Source: a virus. Taken from it: a DNA stretch of 64,000 bases. The DNA lies in IMG/VR virus record IMGVR_UViG_3300006871_000008, positions 1 through 64,000 of that record, one strand, 5' to 3'. Every line of letters begins with the position of its first letter. Within the stretch, counting starts at the first letter, position 1. A model generated the notes under the pieces. It was not told where the DNA came from. It searched no databases and saw only the letters and a list, made by a program, of their open reading frames with translations. The position numbers and the translations under genes are program-made. Positions 61,085 through 64,000 of this stretch are shown here, one piece after another.

Positions 61085-62128
61085 TTACACGCGAGACACG
61101 CCCGGCTCAACGGAATTACACTTTCCCGTCACGCTGATCGTGGCATCACGCAAGTTGAATTCGAGGCTCTCGTACCGGAAGTCCGGGAACGTGTAATCCT
61201 CATTCAACTCTGACCCGCAGGGCGGATCGTACACAACTTCAATGTCAATGGCGAACGGCTCGCACGGGTCGCTAGACGAACTAGCAATCGTGGAGGCTTC
61301 ACCTTGCTGCTTGAGGAAGTCGATAGGTGACGGAAGCCAAGCCCCGCCCGACCCATTCGTGTAGAACTCATACAGCAAATCCAGCTTCACTTCGACCGGC
61401 TGCTCATCGCCACGTCGAACCGTGTCTAGGTCGCCACGGTCACGGACGTAATCGAATTCGCGCTTCTCAGACCAAGTGAGATTGCCGTTACCAACCTTAA
61501 TCTCGATGCGAGCAGGCAGGAAGGTAATGTCGGCATTGTCAGCCGGGATTCCATCAGCCGTGGCAAAGGCCGGGCTGAACGTGATGATGCCGGTCGTGCC
61601 GCCCTGATTGAGCGTGCTGACCGTCACCGTATCGCCGCCACCCGACAAGTCCACGTCCGTAGCCGTCATTTGGGCGACGTTCGTGTTCAGGTAGGCTTGG
61701 GTAAACTTCACGATCCACTTGCCGGTCGCGGGCTTCGTCACAATCACGTCGCCAGGGGCGATGTTGGACAGAGCCTCAAGAGCCGTCTGCACGTCGCTCG
61801 CGCTCGCGTTATAGGCGATATTCGCGGTCGTTTGTGCGCTGAAAGTGAGGGTGAAGTTACCAGACGTGGCATCCACGGTAACAAGTTGGTTTTCGTTCTT
61901 GTCCGTGGCAGTCACGGTATAGAACGCTTGGGTCGAGCCGACCACCGAAAACCGTGCGCCAATTGGCACGACGGTTCCAGCATCCGGGAGGCTCGCCAAG
62001 TTGTCAATGTAAATCGACGTGTTACCATTGGCCGGTGCAGCCGGAGCGCCAGGTCCATTGACTTTGGCCGTGCCGGCAAAACCGTCCTTAAAGTAAATCG
62101 TCGTGTTACGAAGTTCAATTTGAGCCAT
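61085..62128 (-). CDS. major tail (tube) protein, long paralog
   Basis: position before TAC; near-identical C-domain to 62154-62891; extra inserted domain. Confidence 0.75.
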   Translation of the reverse strand: MAQIELRNTTIYFKDGFAGTAKVNGPGAPAAPANGNTSIYIDNLASLPDAGTVVPIGARFSVVGSTQAFYTVTATDKNENQLVTVDATSGNFTLTFSAQTTANIAYNASASDVQTALEALSNIAPGDVIVTKPATGKWIVKFTQAYLNTNVAQMTATDVDLSGGGDTVTVSTLNQGGTTGIITFSPAFATADGIPADNADITFLPARIEIKVGNGNLTWSEKREFDYVRDRGDLDTVRRGDEQPVEVKLDLLYEFYTNGSGGAWLPSPIDFLKQQGEASTIASSSSDPCEPFAIDIEVVYDPPCGSELNEDYTFPDFRYESLEFNLRDATISVTGKCNSVEPGVSRV

Positions 62129-62153
62129 TGGCTTTTGTTCCTTTCAATCAGAA

Positions 62154-62891
62154 TTACGGGTCGCGGGACACGCTCGGCTCGACGGCATTACACTTGCCCG
62201 TCACGCTGATCGTGGCGTCCCGAAGATTGAACTCAAGGCTCTCGTAACGAAAATCCGGGAACGTGTAATTTTCGTTCGTTTCCGACCCGCACGGCGGATC
62301 GTAAATTACTTTCACGTCGATGGCAAACGGTTCGCAGGGGTCGCCAGACGAACTTGCCAGATTCGCAGCCTCATTGGCCCGTTTCAGGAAGTCAATGGGC
62401 GAGGGCAGCCAAGCACCGCCAGAGCCGTTCGTGTAGAACTCATACAGCAAGTCGATTTTTACTTCGACTGGCTGCTCATCCCCACGTCGAACAGTATCAA
62501 GATCGCCACGATCCCGAACGTAGTCAAATTCCCGCTTCTCCGACCACGTAAGATTCCCGTTACCAATCTTGATTTCGATTTGGGCCGGAAGGAACGTGAT
62601 CGCAGCATCATTGGCAACAGAACTTGCCAAGGCCGGGGTGAAAGTCAAACTGGTAGTCGGGGGACCGCCAGAGTGAGCAGTTACCGTGTGTACGGGCGTG
62701 CCAGTCTCACCAGCGATGGTGAACCGAACACCCTCAAACACTTCATTGCCGCTATCGGGCAGATTGGCAAGAGTGTCAATCGTGATGGTTGTGACACCAC
62801 TCATGTACCCTCCGCCATTGTTTACGGCTGCCGTGCCCGTAAAACCATCTTGCAGAAAGATGGTTGTATTACGAAGTTCAATTTGCGCCAT
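62154..62891 (-). CDS. major tail (tube) protein, short paralog
   Basis: MAQIELRNTTI start shared with neighbour; AAGGGAG SD. Confidence 0.75.
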   Translation of the reverse strand: MAQIELRNTTIFLQDGFTGTAAVNNGGGYMSGVTTITIDTLANLPDSGNEVFEGVRFTIAGETGTPVHTVTAHSGGPPTTSLTFTPALASSVANDAAITFLPAQIEIKIGNGNLTWSEKREFDYVRDRGDLDTVRRGDEQPVEVKIDLLYEFYTNGSGGAWLPSPIDFLKRANEAANLASSSGDPCEPFAIDVKVIYDPPCGSETNENYTFPDFRYESLEFNLRDATISVTGKCNAVEPSVSRDP

Positions 62892-62903
62892 AGAAAGGCT
62901 CCC

Positions 62904-63386
62904 TTAGTTTTGGAGACAGATTTGGAACTTTCCGCCAACCATAGATTCGCGGAGTCGAACATCCTCTTTGAGTTGACCGAAGTGCGAGATAAATCGCGGT
63001 TCGGACAAATCTTCTCTTAAAGAAAGACAGCCGAGGAAACTGCCGTCATCGTCCGGCCCATTGCCATGCTTGTAAACCTCAATTGGCCCCATCGCCGCGA
63101 AGAACACACCTGCGTTCTGGATGATGGTGTAAGCATTTTCCTCAGTCATATAGGACTGCAAGATGATGTTTACATTAAGGTCTAACTCAAAATAACCTTT
63201 GCTGACTTCTCGCGTCGTCGGGCCGTTGATGCGCAATTCAGCATGGTCAACTTGTCTAATCTTTTCCGAGGTTCGATCCTCGATCCCCTCGATTAGTAAG
63301 GGTATTTTGTTGTCGGTCGCCGTCGTCTTGAAGCGGTCAGCGATGCTAGCGAAAAGCCAGCGGGGCCAGTTTTTATCGGCGGGCAT
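62904..63386 (-). CDS. tail terminator/completion-like protein
   Basis: size and position upstream of tube genes. Confidence 0.55.
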   Translation of the reverse strand: MPADKNWPRWLFASIADRFKTTATDNKIPLLIEGIEDRTSEKIRQVDHAELRINGPTTREVSKGYFELDLNVNIILQSYMTEENAYTIIQNAGVFFAAMGPIEVYKHGNGPDDDGSFLGCLSLREDLSEPRFISHFGQLKEDVRLRESMVGGKFQICLQN

Positions 63387-64000
63387 TAGTTCACCTGTAC
63401 CCCGACAGTTTGTTGTAAGTTCAACCCAGAGCTATTGACAGGCAAACCCCCAACGGTCTTAACAACCGTGTGGCTGCCAGAAAGGCCAAGGGAGTCTAAG
63501 AGTGTTTGCGGAAATTCACCTGCGGAGTTTGTGCTGACCGCAGCCGCCAACGGGAGGCTCTGAGTAACAAGAATGTCTTTGATTTCGTAGGCGGGCATCC
63601 CTGGCAGGTTCTTGACTGACACGATCCAACCGGCATCGGATTCAATCTTCTGCGCTGTCACCACGTCCCATCGTGAGCCTTGAAACACCAGATAATCTTC
63701 TGGCCGAATCTCGAATCCGCGAGGCAAATCGCGGGCGTCAATAAGCACGTCACGTTTAGCAGCGTCAAAGCCTGCCCCATAGACGAACTCTTTGTCGGCA
63801 GAGATAATGGAGATAGTCTTGACCTGATCGCGCGTGATATTGTATGGAAGGATTGGCGCTCGATGCACCGGATGCACTTCCTTCACAACAGTCTTATCAC
63901 CTGTTAGATGGTCAGTCTCACTGGACACCACTCGGTAAACGTCGATCCGGTCGCCGTACTGGCGCTTCAAGGCGTAGATATTGCGCCGGACGAATCGTTT
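63386..64000 (-). CDS. head-tail joining (closure)-like protein, 5' partial
   Basis: frame open to window end; D.L.F.G.RW.V pattern. Confidence 0.6.
   Translation of the reverse strand, partial: KRFVRRNIYALKRQYGDRIDVYRVVSSETDHLTGDKTVVKEVHPVHRAPILPYNITRDQVKTISIISADKEFVYGAGFDAAKRDVLIDARDLPRGFEIRPEDYLVFQGSRWDVVTAQKIESDAGWIVSVKNLPGMPAYEIKDILVTQSLPLAAAVSTNSAGEFPQTLLDSLGLSGSHTVVKTVGGLPVNSSGLNLQQTVGVQVN

Noticed and set aside
1-64000. Stop-codon reassignment
   Set aside because: Known enzymes translate full-length in the standard code and TAA, TAG and TGA all end genes

Overview
64 kb internal fragment of a large tailed dsDNA phage. It is probably a siphovirus (1347-aa tape measure, no sheath seen), and several genes suggest a Planctomycetota-like host (inference). 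Nearly all genes are on the minus strand. Layout: 1-30 kb holds early/accessory genes (class II glutamine amidotransferase, amidoligase, GGCT, DUF262, two DenV/MSMEG_6728-like glycosylases, MTase, Ndk, trypsin-like protease, SufU-like protein, ligase, sigma factor). 30-41 kb holds replication genes (PolA, two ParB-like, metallophosphoesterase, SNF2 helicase, tRNA-Ile). A divergent palindromic ori-like region lies at 41.4-41.7 kb, followed by a plus-strand block (primase-helicase, dNMP kinase, Nudix, DnaQ-like) and a tail module at 47-64 kb. Main observations: (i) two tandem non-canonical tRNA-like RNAs (an atypical tRNA-Gly(UCC) and an anticodon-less tRNA mimic) sit directly upstream of a Zn-ribbon amidoligase plus glutamine amidotransferase pair; (ii) 22 sigma70-type promoters, mostly with 16-bp spacers, 14 placed to give leaderless mRNAs; (iii) a repeated 13-bp inverted-repeat cassette; (iv) duplicated tail tube genes and a triplicated receptor-binding gene. 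All calls come from reading motifs by eye; no database searches were run.
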